Source of the DNA: a virus | Reading direction: 5' to 3' (one strand) | Virus record (IMG/VR): IMGVR_UViG_3300043811_000226 | Length of the DNA: 64,000 bases | In this document: one piece after another, positions 35,225 through 44,482 of the stretch | Layout of the letters: every line of letters starts with the position of its first letter | How positions within the stretch are numbered: position 1 is the stretch's first letter | Notes under the pieces: generated by a model | What the model saw: the letters and a program-made list of their open reading frames with translations, nothing else | Databases searched by the model: none | What the model was told of the DNA's origin: nothing | Program-made: the position numbers and the translations under genes

Positions 35225-35509
35225 GTGCACTTCAAGCCTCTCAACCCTGAAGTAGCGGCGAAACTGGTGGAAGGGTACACCAATGAGCTCGCGCCACAGG
35301 CCAAAGCGCTCGACGCCTTCTACCGGCAGTTTCGCTGCCCTCGATGCAAGGGACCATGCCAGAGAGAACACGTCGAGGGGCACATCTTCAATGACCCCGA
35401 CACGCTCGTTCCGCGCTCTTGTCTGCGCTGTACGACGCCGGGGTGTGGCTGCCTCTTCGATCCGCATTCGGGGCTCCTTGTTTCCGGCCCTAAGCAATCC
35501 GCCGGGTAA
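35225..35509 (+). CDS. Antisense small zinc-finger protein
   Basis: CPRC and CLRC...CGC motifs; only sensible ORF in a 290-bp gap of the - strand operon. Confidence 0.6.
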   Translation: MHFKPLNPEVAAKLVEGYTNELAPQAKALDAFYRQFRCPRCKGPCQREHVEGHIFNDPDTLVPRSCLRCTTPGCGCLFDPHSGLLVSGPKQSAG

Positions 35510-38500
35510 CAAGCAGAACATCCGGGATGAAAGCAGCCAGTCGGCCTGTGTTGAGGGCGTTCTGGCTTCTCTCGACCGTGACCGTGCGGTCGACGTTGTG
35601 GATGACGGCGATGAGGCTGATGGGGTGGTCGACCGACCGCGCACCGCGCACGCTGGCCAAGTGATCGAGGTCGCTCACCTCGAACGAGTCGGTGGGGAAG
35701 AGCCCCGTGATGAACGTCTGGATGTCGGGGATGAGCACGTCCTCTTTCGACCCGCCCGTGTACGTCATCGAGAAGCGTACGAAGTAAGGCGTCAGGTGGC
35801 GTGCGAGCGTGCTCTCGTTGATGACTCTCTCAGTGTCACTTCGCGCGAAGTTGTCGACATCGTTTGTGAGCCCGCTGCGCTCGTAGTTGATCTGTAGGTT
35901 CTGTCCTGAGAGCTGCGTGGCATTGGCCGGGTCGTCGGTCACGCCCACCTCTAGGATGGACCGCGAGATGTGCATCTTCGGCTTCTCGACCGGTGAGAAG
36001 GACAGGTCTGGGTCGTCGGTCGTCAGGAAGTAACCATCCGAGCGGTAACCAGTCACTGTCATCTGCAAGTTCGCCGAGATGTTGTACTGGTCTCCCGTAC
36101 CCTCCGAAACGAGCTGCACGTCGAAGAAGTAGAGGTTCGCGCTGCTTGCATCGACATTGACGGCCATCGACGTCGAGACGATGCGCTGCAGCCCTGCGCG
36201 GAAGACCTTGAACTGCTGACTGGATGTGGCCGTCGCGTCCGTCGGGAAGGGCGGCGTGACCTGCAGCTGGTTCGGATTGCCTCCGGGGCCCACGACCTGG
36301 ATGGTGTAGTTGCCCTTGTCCGGCGAGTCGTTGTTCTGGTCGACGCCATCGACGACAGAGAAGCCAAGCAGGCCGTTGGCACTCGAGGGAGAGCTAGAGC
36401 CTCGAATGATGACCGAGGCATCAGGATTGAACTGCAGCTGGTTGGTTCCTGTGAGGCTGCAGATGACCTGCCCCACGATGGCGTTGATCTGGGCAGGTAC
36501 GCCGGCACGGGTCACATCGGTCGAAGGTATAGAGCCTGCGTCGTGGATGAAGATTATGTTTTTGTCGACCCCACCGTTGATGCTCACAACGAGCGTCTTG
36601 GTGTTGAGGTTGGCCACAGGGTCGGCCAGTACAACGGTCCCCGTCAGGGGCACGAAGTCGATGGAGAGCTGATCTCCAGGCTGGATGCTCTTGGCGATGA
36701 AGTCGGTCGAGAGCGACTGGAACGTCGCCGGCGACGTCGGAAGCGCACCACCTGTCGTACCATCCAGCGGCTTCACCCCATTCGGCAGTGGGGGGATGGC
36801 TTGGTAGCTGTTGGTCGGGTCTGGGAAGAAGTTGAGCTCCGAGCCGTCTGAGTTCGTGAGCGTGAAGACGGTGTTCGGGTCCACCTCGAAGCTCGTGGGA
36901 TCGAGGAAGTAGACGCGCGCCGTGCCAAGAGAACGGGAGCCGACCTGGATGTGGCGGCCCACCTCAGGGTTGAAGTCGTGTCGCGTGCGCAGCGGGTCGT
37001 TCTGCAACGAAGAGAACGGTGTGTTGGGAACGGGCTCGGAGGAGTCGCCAGAGAACGCAGGTCCAATCAAGGCGAGAGAGTAGAAACCGATCTGCAGACC
37101 GTCGACCACCTGAGCCACGTCGAAGTTCGAGTCGAGTGCGGGTCGAAGAGCAGCCCAACCTCCGAGACCGCGCACCTCGAGGGAGGTCACGTCCCTGGAA
37201 GTGACGACGGGTGTCATAGCCCCGTAGAGAAGGGCCATGGCCGTCCCGCCGGTCACGCGCACATTCGGGCCGACAGGCAGAAGTCCTACGCGGTGCCCGT
37301 TGTCGAGAACAACAGCGAGAAGGTCGACCGCTCCTGCCGTAGCAGTGAGAACCGCCGCGTTGATCTGCGCGACCATGGTCGCCGGCGAGATGGGGTTCGG
37401 GCCTGAGAACGTCACCGTGAAAGGCGACTGCCCATCCCACCGGATGTTGATGCTGCGCGTATTCACCGCCAGCCCCACAAGAGGCATGGAGAGTGTCACC
37501 AGGCCCAGCACACCGTCGGTCAGGTCGAACTTGATGCCGCGGGCCGCATTCGCAAAGCCCTGGGACTCGACATCGATGGGGTTGGCGTACGGAATGATGG
37601 TTCCCACCGGCTGGCTCGACGTGTCGAGCAGGTCGATGCTGTCGATACGCACGAAGGGTGGAAGAAGCCCTCCATCAGCGTTCGCACGGAAGATGGAGTA
37701 CTGGGCTCCGTTGACCGTGGCCGGCAGGTTCCGGTCGACCTGCACATGCGTGAAGAGCGGCGAGAGGACCTGCTGCACAACGTAGTCGCCGACGATGAGG
37801 CCACCCGTTGTGATGCGCAGGATGTCGTTGGGGCCCACACCGTACGTATCAAAGTCGACACCGCTTATGGTGCTGACGATGTCGAGACCCTGCACCGTCG
37901 TCAGGTCCGGACCCTTGACCTTCGTTTCTTTCGGCTCGATGAGGTCGATGAAGAGGCTCGAGCTGATGCGCCAGCGAGAAGTACCCACCACGACGGCGAT
38001 GGGCTGGTCCACGGTCAGAACCGGAGAGGACAGCGGCGTTTGAACCACCGCCAGGATTCGGTAGTTGCCCGCGTTGGGAGGGTCGAGGATCTGCAGCGAG
38101 AGGTTCTCGCTCGATGCCTGCTGCAGCGCCGTATACGTCGAGTCTCCGACCGAGTAGTCCACACCCAGAACAAGGTCGCCGAGCGTGACCGTCGACGTCG
38201 TGGTGTACGTGAGGTCGATGCCGCTGAGCAGAGGGTCGTCGTCGACGATGTCGTTCAGGACGAGCGTGGCAGGATCGAAGGACTGTCCCCGGATATAGAT
38301 GTCGGTGGCCCCGCCGATATGCACCTGGTTGGGTGGCACTTCGATGGTGCCCGCCGGCGTGTCGGGAAAGAGAATGCCGCCGGGGATGTTCGAGAGCGTG
38401 AGGGTCATCTTACGCAGCGTCCAGACGATGCTCGTGGCCGACTGCAGAAGGACCTGGTCCTCGAGGTCGAGCGTCTGGGTGTCGACGACTGTCAGAACGT

Positions 38501-39560
38501 CAATGTCGCGAACAAGCGGCAGCGAGCCTGCTTGAAAGGCATCGGCCACAGTGAGCGTGAAGCCCTCTCCAGAAGACTGCGTGGGTCCGATAAGGGCCGT
38601 GAAGTCGACTCCGAGCTCGGTCGTCTTGATGCGGCGCGTGAAGACCGCGTTCTGCCCGTCAGGCTCGGCAAACATCGCGACACCAGAGGCGAGGATGGGA
38701 CCGAGTCCTCCTCCAGTCAGTACGTCACGGTGCATCTCCGGGTCGTTGAAGCCGATGGGCTGGATGCGCGTCACTTCGGAGAACGCCGCTGTCAGCTGCG
38801 CCACGATGCCGCGCTGTGTGACAAGCGACCGCTCAGTGAGCTCCTGGTCCAGCCGGTCGACGAAGTCGACGGCGCTCTCGTCCGGAGTGCCTGTCCGGAA
38901 GCGCAGCTTGTTGGTGATGCGCTGTGCGGCACCCAGATTGGCGATGGTTACGACCTGGTCAGGGCCGATGTTGTACTGGTCTCCCGCTGCCTCGGCGATG
39001 GTGTTGATGTCGAAGAAGTACAGCGTGCCTTCGAGATTCAGCTGCATCTCGTCGACGCGGATGCTTTGAATCTCGGTTGGGAAGTAGTGCAGGCCTTGTT
39101 TGTCGGTGATGAAGTTCGAGGGAGTGACAGAGGCGTTCTGCGGCTGCGCGAAATAGATGCGCACGACGCCCGTCGACTTGTTGCCTGCGTTGCGCGCAGA
39201 GAAGAGGTTCGCTCCGAGAGCCTCTGCCTCGTCGGTCGTCAGGGTTGTCGGGTCGGCGAAAGACTGCGCGCCCGCCACGCGCGAGATCTCGCGCACGATG
39301 GGGTTCCACAAAACAACGGCGGCCTTGATGAGCAAGTCGGTGATCGCGTCGCCTTCTTTGGTCGGCATGTCCGGAAACTGCTGGTTGAGCAGCGTCTGGA
39401 TGAAGAGGCCGATGTCGACGGTGAAAGGATCGGTGCCGAGACGGCGCAGAATCGGCTGGATGACCTGAACGTCGTAAGGGGAACCTGGGGTCAGGTCGAG
39501 CGTGTTGTCGACCTGCTGCAACCGCTGGACGATGAACGCTTGGAGGTCGGCTACGCTCAT
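35490..39560 (-). CDS. Very large baseplate J-like protein
   Basis: N-terminal J-like region (STGVVRIYFAQP..., ESAVDFVDRL...SLVTQRGI); long beta-rich insertions; follows gp25-like gene. Confidence 0.75.
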   Translation of the reverse strand: MSVADLQAFIVQRLQQVDNTLDLTPGSPYDVQVIQPILRRLGTDPFTVDIGLFIQTLLNQQFPDMPTKEGDAITDLLIKAAVVLWNPIVREISRVAGAQSFADPTTLTTDEAEALGANLFSARNAGNKSTGVVRIYFAQPQNASVTPSNFITDKQGLHYFPTEIQSIRVDEMQLNLEGTLYFFDINTIAEAAGDQYNIGPDQVVTIANLGAAQRITNKLRFRTGTPDESAVDFVDRLDQELTERSLVTQRGIVAQLTAAFSEVTRIQPIGFNDPEMHRDVLTGGGLGPILASGVAMFAEPDGQNAVFTRRIKTTELGVDFTALIGPTQSSGEGFTLTVADAFQAGSLPLVRDIDVLTVVDTQTLDLEDQVLLQSATSIVWTLRKMTLTLSNIPGGILFPDTPAGTIEVPPNQVHIGGATDIYIRGQSFDPATLVLNDIVDDDPLLSGIDLTYTTTSTVTLGDLVLGVDYSVGDSTYTALQQASSENLSLQILDPPNAGNYRILAVVQTPLSSPVLTVDQPIAVVVGTSRWRISSSLFIDLIEPKETKVKGPDLTTVQGLDIVSTISGVDFDTYGVGPNDILRITTGGLIVGDYVVQQVLSPLFTHVQVDRNLPATVNGAQYSIFRANADGGLLPPFVRIDSIDLLDTSSQPVGTIIPYANPIDVESQGFANAARGIKFDLTDGVLGLVTLSMPLVGLAVNTRSINIRWDGQSPFTVTFSGPNPISPATMVAQINAAVLTATAGAVDLLAVVLDNGHRVGLLPVGPNVRVTGGTAMALLYGAMTPVVTSRDVTSLEVRGLGGWAALRPALDSNFDVAQVVDGLQIGFYSLALIGPAFSGDSSEPVPNTPFSSLQNDPLRTRHDFNPEVGRHIQVGSRSLGTARVYFLDPTSFEVDPNTVFTLTNSDGSELNFFPDPTNSYQAIPPLPNGVKPLDGTTGGALPTSPATFQSLSTDFIAKSIQPGDQLSIDFVPLTGTVVLADPVANLNTKTLVVSINGGVDKNIIFIHDAGSIPSTDVTRAGVPAQINAIVGQVICSLTGTNQLQFNPDASVIIRGSSSPSSANGLLGFSVVDGVDQNNDSPDKGNYTIQVVGPGGNPNQLQVTPPFPTDATATSSQQFKVFRAGLQRIVSTSMAVNVDASSANLYFFDVQLVSEGTGDQYNISANLQMTVTGYRSDGYFLTTDDPDLSFSPVEKPKMHISRSILEVGVTDDPANATQLSGQNLQINYERSGLTNDVDNFARSDTERVINESTLARHLTPYFVRFSMTYTGGSKEDVLIPDIQTFITGLFPTDSFEVSDLDHLASVRGARSVDHPISLIAVIHNVDRTVTVERSQNALNTGRLAAFIPDVLLVTRRIA

Positions 39561-39562
39561 TT

Positions 39563-40219
39563 TCAGACCATAATGTTGGCCGTTGCACTACGGCCAGCCT
39601 GGGACGTGAGGGTGACGCCCACGATGAGCGCGGACTCGGCGACGTTGTAGTCGGCGTTGGACACTACAGCGGAGAGCAGGCGCTCGTCACGGGGGATGGT
39701 GGGGTCGCGTGCCTGGATGGACATGATCTGCCGTTGGGTCGTCGAGACGGCGATGATCATGTCACCGACGATGAGTCCTCCCTGGTCCTCGCCGAAAGTC
39801 TGACCGACGTCCTTCAGGGCGTTGCCGCCCACGCGCGGAGCGAAGATGTCCTTTCCTGGCGTGGTGAGAAGAAGCTTCAAGAAGACCTGTACAAGCCGCA
39901 GGATGCCCGAGACTTTGCTCGGCGTCGGGCCGACCTGGAACTTGATGAGCGACTTGGGTCCGATGGTGAGGTCTCGGGAAGTGACCGCCACCGACGACAG
40001 CGCGGTGATCGAGAGCCCCAGCGGCACCTGCGCGAGGAGCCGCGTCTTGGAGAGCACCACGACCTGTGGCGCCACCAAGCCGTTGACGGTGACCTGGTCA
40101 ACTGTCCGAAAGTCTTGGCCAATGACGTCGAGCGTCGCCGGCGAGGCCCCCGGCACCACGCGCACGCTATTCAGCTGGATGGCCGTCTGAGGAAAAACCA
40201 CCTGGAAGTCGACGGACAA
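39563..40219 (-). CDS. Baseplate wedge gp25/GPW-like protein with N-terminal IPT/TIG-like domain
   Basis: LVQVFLKLLLTTPGKDIFAPRVGG...ERLLSA... (gp25-like); TLDVIGQDF..V.VNG (IPT-like). Confidence 0.7.
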   Translation of the reverse strand: MSVDFQVVFPQTAIQLNSVRVVPGASPATLDVIGQDFRTVDQVTVNGLVAPQVVVLSKTRLLAQVPLGLSITALSSVAVTSRDLTIGPKSLIKFQVGPTPSKVSGILRLVQVFLKLLLTTPGKDIFAPRVGGNALKDVGQTFGEDQGGLIVGDMIIAVSTTQRQIMSIQARDPTIPRDERLLSAVVSNADYNVAESALIVGVTLTSQAGRSATANIMV

Positions 40220-40267
40220 GAAGGGCCTCCGCTCGGTGGACCCTACGACCGTACCAGACGGAAGGCT

Positions 40268-40305
40268 AAAAAAGCAGGGGGTATGGCTGCAACCCCCTGC
40301 CTTTT
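40268..40305 (-). terminator. Rho-independent terminator (likely bidirectional) separating accessory genes from baseplate operon
   Basis: GCAGGGGG/CCCCCTGC stem flanked by A6 on one side and T4 on the other. Confidence 0.75.
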
Positions 40306-40963
40306 ACTGCGCGGTCATCGACGCGTTCTCTTTGCGCAGCAGAATGGCCCTCGCGTAGTCGGACTGCCACCCCACGAGCGCTTGCTCCTTGACCCACACG
40401 TTGAGGTAGGCCTGCAGGCGGCCACGCGCGTCCTCATGGATGTCCTCGTCGGCATCCTCGTACATCTCCTGGTTCTCGAGCTCGCGTTCGAGGATGGACT
40501 CAGCGTCCAGCTTGAACTCGTGCGGCTTGCATGCCCAGACGTACTCCGGTACCTCGAGCCCCTCGGTCTCGCAGTAGTCGAGGATCTCGTCGACGCCACT
40601 GAAGTAGCCGTCGCCCATACCGCCCTCATGACCCTCCCAGTAGACTGGGGCGTCGGTATAGTCCTCGAGGGAGAGCTTCTCAGCCTTGATGAATCGGGCC
40701 TGTTCCTTCTCCTGCTCCATGCGGGTGATACACGCATGGCAGCGCAGCATGTAGTGCTTGTCGATAGGGTTGCCGCAGACGCACGTCTTCACGCAGTGCA
40801 TCGAGGCTTCCAGCCGACGGCGCGCCATTTCATCCTCCCCGTCGTTCTTTCGGAGGATGAACAGCGTGCCGCACTTGGGGCAGGCGAAAGCGACTGGACG
40901 ATCTTCTCGGCCCCTGACGATGATGTCGAGGGCCTCACTCATCAAGGTGATGGACTGGGTCAT
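40304..40963 (-). CDS. Hypothetical Cys-rich protein
   Basis: CPKC, CVC, CHAC; acidic C-terminus. Confidence 0.75.
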   Translation of the reverse strand: MTQSITLMSEALDIIVRGREDRPVAFACPKCGTLFILRKNDGEDEMARRRLEASMHCVKTCVCGNPIDKHYMLRCHACITRMEQEKEQARFIKAEKLSLEDYTDAPVYWEGHEGGMGDGYFSGVDEILDYCETEGLEVPEYVWACKPHEFKLDAESILERELENQEMYEDADEDIHEDARGRLQAYLNVWVKEQALVGWQSDYARAILLRKENASMTAQ

Positions 40964-41385
40964 GGAGTTCCTGTTGTACCAACCACAACCTTCGGTGAGA
41001 AGTGGCCCGTGACCTTGAAGTAGAGGTTGCTCTCTTCACGCGTGCAAGTGAACGTGCAGGGGATACCCGTAGGCGCCTGACCGTGGCACTGGTACTGAAA
41101 GCCCTCGCCGGGGAGGTCGGACGACCCGAAGTAATGCGACCCGCAGCGAGGGCAAGTGAACTGCGTGCCCTCGATCATGTCCGGAGCCATCTTTCTCTCG
41201 GTCAGCTCGACGACGCTGGTCGGCGCGATCTGGATGACCCGCTCGTGCATCTCGAAGCCTGGCACGTCGAGTTCGACTTCGAAGACCTTCGCCCCTTCTT
41301 TCAGTGGGTAGCTCTCCGGGTAGTGGTGACAGATGTACGGCCGGTCGGCTCCCGGCTCGAGGATCAAGTAGAGCTGGACGTGCAT
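40960..41385 (-). CDS. Hypothetical protein with zinc ribbon
   Basis: ATG 41385 after GGAGAAGG; CPRC...CH...C. Confidence 0.65.
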   Translation of the reverse strand: MHVQLYLILEPGADRPYICHHYPESYPLKEGAKVFEVELDVPGFEMHERVIQIAPTSVVELTERKMAPDMIEGTQFTCPRCGSHYFGSSDLPGEGFQYQCHGQAPTGIPCTFTCTREESNLYFKVTGHFSPKVVVGTTGTP

Positions 41386-41960
41386 GCCTTCTCCAAGAAC
41401 TTTCTGATGGGTTCGTAGCTCCGACGGTGTAGAGGCGTCACGCCGTACTTCTCCAGTCCCTTGCGGTGAGCTTCGGTGCCGTACCCAACGTTCGTTGCCC
41501 ACGCGTAGTGAGGGAACTGCTCGTGGTACTGGCGCATCACGAAGTCGCGGTTGACCTTGGCGACAACACTGGCTGCGCTGACTGGGGCGAAGATGCTGTC
41601 CGCCTTCGGCACGCACCTCGTTCGGTCAGGCAGACCAGGTGGTCTTAGCACGCCATCGATGATGACGTGAGCATCCGGGTAGACCTTGAGCATGTCGAGC
41701 ACGGCGGCTGCGTGCGCCTCAAGAAGTGCCTTGTGCACGCCAACCTCGTCGATGTACCCGCTCTCGACAAGCTTGATGGCCATCGGCAAGTGCTGCAAGT
41801 GCTGCCCGTAGAGCATCACGCGTGTTGTAGGATCGAGCTTCTTGGAATCGTCGAGACCACTAGGTCGATTCCACGTGGTGGGCACCGCCACGGCGCACAC
41901 GAAGAGTGGTCCTGCCCACGCGCCGTAACCAACTTCGTCGGACCCGATGATGTACTCCAA
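41364..41960 (-). CDS. rnhB: Ribonuclease HII
   Basis: GSDEVGYGAWAGPL, DDSKKL, IIDG, KADS....SAASVVAKVNRD, NVGYGT..H, HRRSY. Confidence 0.93.
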   Translation of the reverse strand: MEYIIGSDEVGYGAWAGPLFVCAVAVPTTWNRPSGLDDSKKLDPTTRVMLYGQHLQHLPMAIKLVESGYIDEVGVHKALLEAHAAAVLDMLKVYPDAHVIIDGVLRPPGLPDRTRCVPKADSIFAPVSAASVVAKVNRDFVMRQYHEQFPHYAWATNVGYGTEAHRKGLEKYGVTPLHRRSYEPIRKFLEKACTSSST

Positions 41961-42004
41961 AGCTCCTCCATTGCGCGCACGCGGGCGCAGCGATCGTGTT
42001 CACG

Positions 42005-42286
42005 TCAGCACTCAAGATGCCCCTTGCGCCCACGGAACTTCCGTAGCGTCTTGAGGTCGTACTCGTCGACTCCGGCGTTCTTGAAGTCGTTGTAGTCGTA
42101 CCCGGCCGCACCGGCGAGGTCGACGGCGATGGTCGGGTTGTCGTGTGACCGGATGACCTCCGCGACCGCATACCCGATGCCCTGTCGGAAGCCCTTGTCC
42201 ACGCCCTCACGCAAGCCCTTGCAGTAGGCGTGTCGGCATGTGCCGGTGCTGCAGTATCGCTTCTTGGGTGTCGTCGGCATGGTCAC
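42005..42286 (-). CDS. Hypothetical protein
   Basis: 93-aa ORF in series. Confidence 0.65.
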   Translation of the reverse strand: MTMPTTPKKRYCSTGTCRHAYCKGLREGVDKGFRQGIGYAVAEVIRSHDNPTIAVDLAGAAGYDYNDFKNAGVDEYDLKTLRKFRGRKGHLEC

Positions 42287-42504
42287 TCCGTTTCTTCATT
42301 CAGGGCGCGCACGCGGGTCGAAGTTGTGGTCGGAGCGCCCGCCGGGAACATCCACGCCCATAGCGATGTCCAGCACATGCGGCACGTGTGCAGCTTTCGG
42401 CTCGTCGGGAACTCGCCAGCCGAGGCGTACGGCGGGGCGAACAGCAGTGCGCCCGGCTCGTCCAACTCCTTTCCGCACATGTCGCAGACTACGTGTAAAG
42501 CCAT
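42283..42504 (-). CDS. Small zinc-finger protein
   Basis: CDMC...HTCRMCW. Confidence 0.7.
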   Translation of the reverse strand: MALHVVCDMCGKELDEPGALLFAPPYASAGEFPTSRKLHTCRMCWTSLWAWMFPAGAPTTTSTRVRALNEETE

Positions 42505-42523
42505 TTGGGTCTCCTTGCGCGCA

Positions 42524-42733
42524 TCAATACACGTGGAGCCATGTCAATCGCACCCACGTCAGTCCACCCTTGCGCCCACCTCCGAAGTCGACGAGCGCAC
42601 GCTCTCCTACGATGTCGACGAAGTCCACGCGACCTTCCGCCCCAGTGTGCGGACCATCCACAACGTGGACGAAGTCGCCATCGCGCACGCTGGTCGTCGT
42701 CACGTCGACTCCCGCTCGATCCAGTCCGCCCAC
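42524..42733 (-). CDS. Small KOW-motif (NusG-CTD/L24-like) protein
   Basis: RDGDFVHVVDGPHTGAEGRV fits the KOW consensus GDxVxVxxGPxxGxxGxV. Confidence 0.6.
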   Translation of the reverse strand: MGGLDRAGVDVTTTSVRDGDFVHVVDGPHTGAEGRVDFVDIVGERALVDFGGGRKGGLTWVRLTWLHVY

Positions 42734-42891
42734 TCTTGGGCGTGCCGGTTATGCGGGTAGTCGGTACGCATCTTGGCGACGATTCTCGCCCGCTCGGCGG
42801 CAGCTACATCAATGTCACGACTTTGCTTTTCACGGAACGGACCTGAGCCCTCAAGTCGTGCCTGCTCGTTCGTCTTCCTTCCCATCGTCAC
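42700..42891 (-). CDS. Hypothetical protein
   Basis: 63-aa ORF with GGAG RBS. Confidence 0.55.
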   Translation of the reverse strand: MTMGRKTNEQARLEGSGPFREKQSRDIDVAAAERARIVAKMRTDYPHNRHAQEWADWIEREST

Positions 42892-43088
42892 GTCTCCTTC
42901 GTTTACCAGTGCGCCGCGCGCAGATGGTCTAGCGCGCCATTCGTTGTTTCTTCGTGGCCGCCCTGCGTAGCTTTCGATTGGGTACGGCTCCGTTCACACC
43001 GTTTCCTGTGCGCACCGCGAAATTGTTCAGCCACCACTCACGCTCGAGCTTAGACATCGGCTGTGACCAGGTGCGCATGTAACAAACC

Positions 43089-43373
43089 TCAGCGCACCGC
43101 GGCACGATTGACGGCGTAAAGTAGCTCGTCGATGCCACGAGACGGGGCGTAGGGCAACGAGACAGCGAAGAAAGATCGTCGGTCGGCAGCAACACGTTCT
43201 GCTAGCCGCTCGAGCGCCTCGAGGTAGTCCTTCTGAACAATCACACCCAGACAACGAGAAGGGCCGGTGATCTCGACCGTCTCTATCTTGATCTTCTCGA
43301 GCTCGGCGATGATCTCGTCGCGTGTTGCATCAGGCTGGAGTGTTGACATCTCGGTTCGGATCCTGGTCAGCAA
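43089..43373 (-). CDS. Hypothetical protein
   Basis: Helical ORF in series; start uncertain. Confidence 0.55.
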   Translation of the reverse strand: MLTRIRTEMSTLQPDATRDEIIAELEKIKIETVEITGPSRCLGVIVQKDYLEALERLAERVAADRRSFFAVSLPYAPSRGIDELLYAVNRAAVR

Positions 43374-43647
43374 AAGACTCCGGTGGCAGTGCTTTGATCT
43401 GCGCTACGGCCTGGGTCAGGTTTGTGAGGATGTTCTGCACGCGGTGCAACTCGTTTGGCCGCGTCTGTGTGTCGGTCCCCGAGATGCGCTGGATCTGCTG
43501 GTCAGCGAGGTCCTCGAAGGTGAGGGCACTGAAGGACTGGACGGCCTTGGCACCATCCACGGCCGCGTAGGCATCACTGAGTGCCGTGCGCAGCGTGAGG
43601 TTCTGTGACTGCAGCTGCGGGTCGTCTTGGCTATTTCCGTTGGCCAT
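43330..43647 (-). CDS. Hypothetical helical protein
   Basis: 105-aa ORF. Confidence 0.7.
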   Translation of the reverse strand: MANGNSQDDPQLQSQNLTLRTALSDAYAAVDGAKAVQSFSALTFEDLADQQIQRISGTDTQTRPNELHRVQNILTNLTQAVAQIKALPPESFADQDPNRDVNTPA

Positions 43648-43650
43648 GGC

Positions 43651-44199
43651 TCACCCCAGAGGCTTGTCTTCGTCGTGCAGGTCTTCGGAGAAGGCCTTGA
43701 GCAACGTGGAGAACATCGGCAGCTCGAACTTAGTCATTGACACGGTCACGATGCTGACCGGGCAGACCGGCGCGACACCCTGAACCATCGGCGCGTCCAT
43801 GTGCACCTTCACTGCACGCAGCGCTTCTACGAGGGAAGGGAACGACTTCTGTTTGGTCTTGCCATCCTCGATGAAGTGGTAGAGGACTTCTTCTGTCGTC
43901 GTACCTGTAGGACGCGCAGGCGACTGAACGATACGACGGCGTTCGTGTGGAGGAGGCTGCGTCTGGTTCTTCTGGAAGAAGCCGTCGGTCATCTCGACCT
44001 TCTGCCCCGTAATGATGACCGAAGAGCCGCGCATGACCTGGTTGATGATGTTGAAGCCGCCATCGGTCAGCTCCTGCAGAGAAGACTCGAGCGACTTGGC
44101 GAACTGGAGCGGGTCATCCCCCGTTACTGCCACCGTCTTCCACACGGCCTTCGGCTGAGGCGGTTGTATTTTCGACATCCTGGACCTGCTGCTGCTCAT
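43651..44199 (-). CDS. Hypothetical protein
   Basis: 182-aa ORF. Confidence 0.7.
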   Translation of the reverse strand: MSSSRSRMSKIQPPQPKAVWKTVAVTGDDPLQFAKSLESSLQELTDGGFNIINQVMRGSSVIITGQKVEMTDGFFQKNQTQPPPHERRRIVQSPARPTGTTTEEVLYHFIEDGKTKQKSFPSLVEALRAVKVHMDAPMVQGVAPVCPVSIVTVSMTKFELPMFSTLLKAFSEDLHDEDKPLG

Positions 44200-44482
44200 T
44201 GTACCTGCGTTCGCACGGGTCGTCCTCCAGCTGCTTCTTCAGAGGGTCGTCGATGATGACTTGTATCGGCTGCGATGGTGAGAGGTATTCGTAGGGCACC
44301 TTCAACACGCCGGCCATCTGGTGCACGAACCTGTCGAGGTCTTCTTTCAAGAACGCCCGTGGTGCAGTCATCCACTGCTCGGTCTCGGCGATGAGCCGCT
44401 GCTTGGCCCTCCGAGCCCTCTCCTCCCGACTCACCGGCAGGTTCGCAAGCTTGCGTAGGAGACGGCGCTTACGGTTCGACAT
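44114..44482 (-). CDS. Hypothetical basic protein
   Basis: 122-aa ORF; 3' end overlaps next gene. Confidence 0.6.
   Translation of the reverse strand: MSNRKRRLLRKLANLPVSREERARRAKQRLIAETEQWMTAPRAFLKEDLDRFVHQMAGVLKVPYEYLSPSQPIQVIIDDPLKKQLEDDPCERRYNEQQQVQDVENTTASAEGRVEDGGSNGG

Noticed and set aside
37746-39650. Long opposite-strand ORFs (e.g. 634 aa here, 560 aa at 21849, 429 aa at 39734, 399 aa at 7888, 361 aa at 4762)
   Set aside because: Antisense shadows of high-GC3 genes, rich in R/V/D/G/A/L with no motifs.
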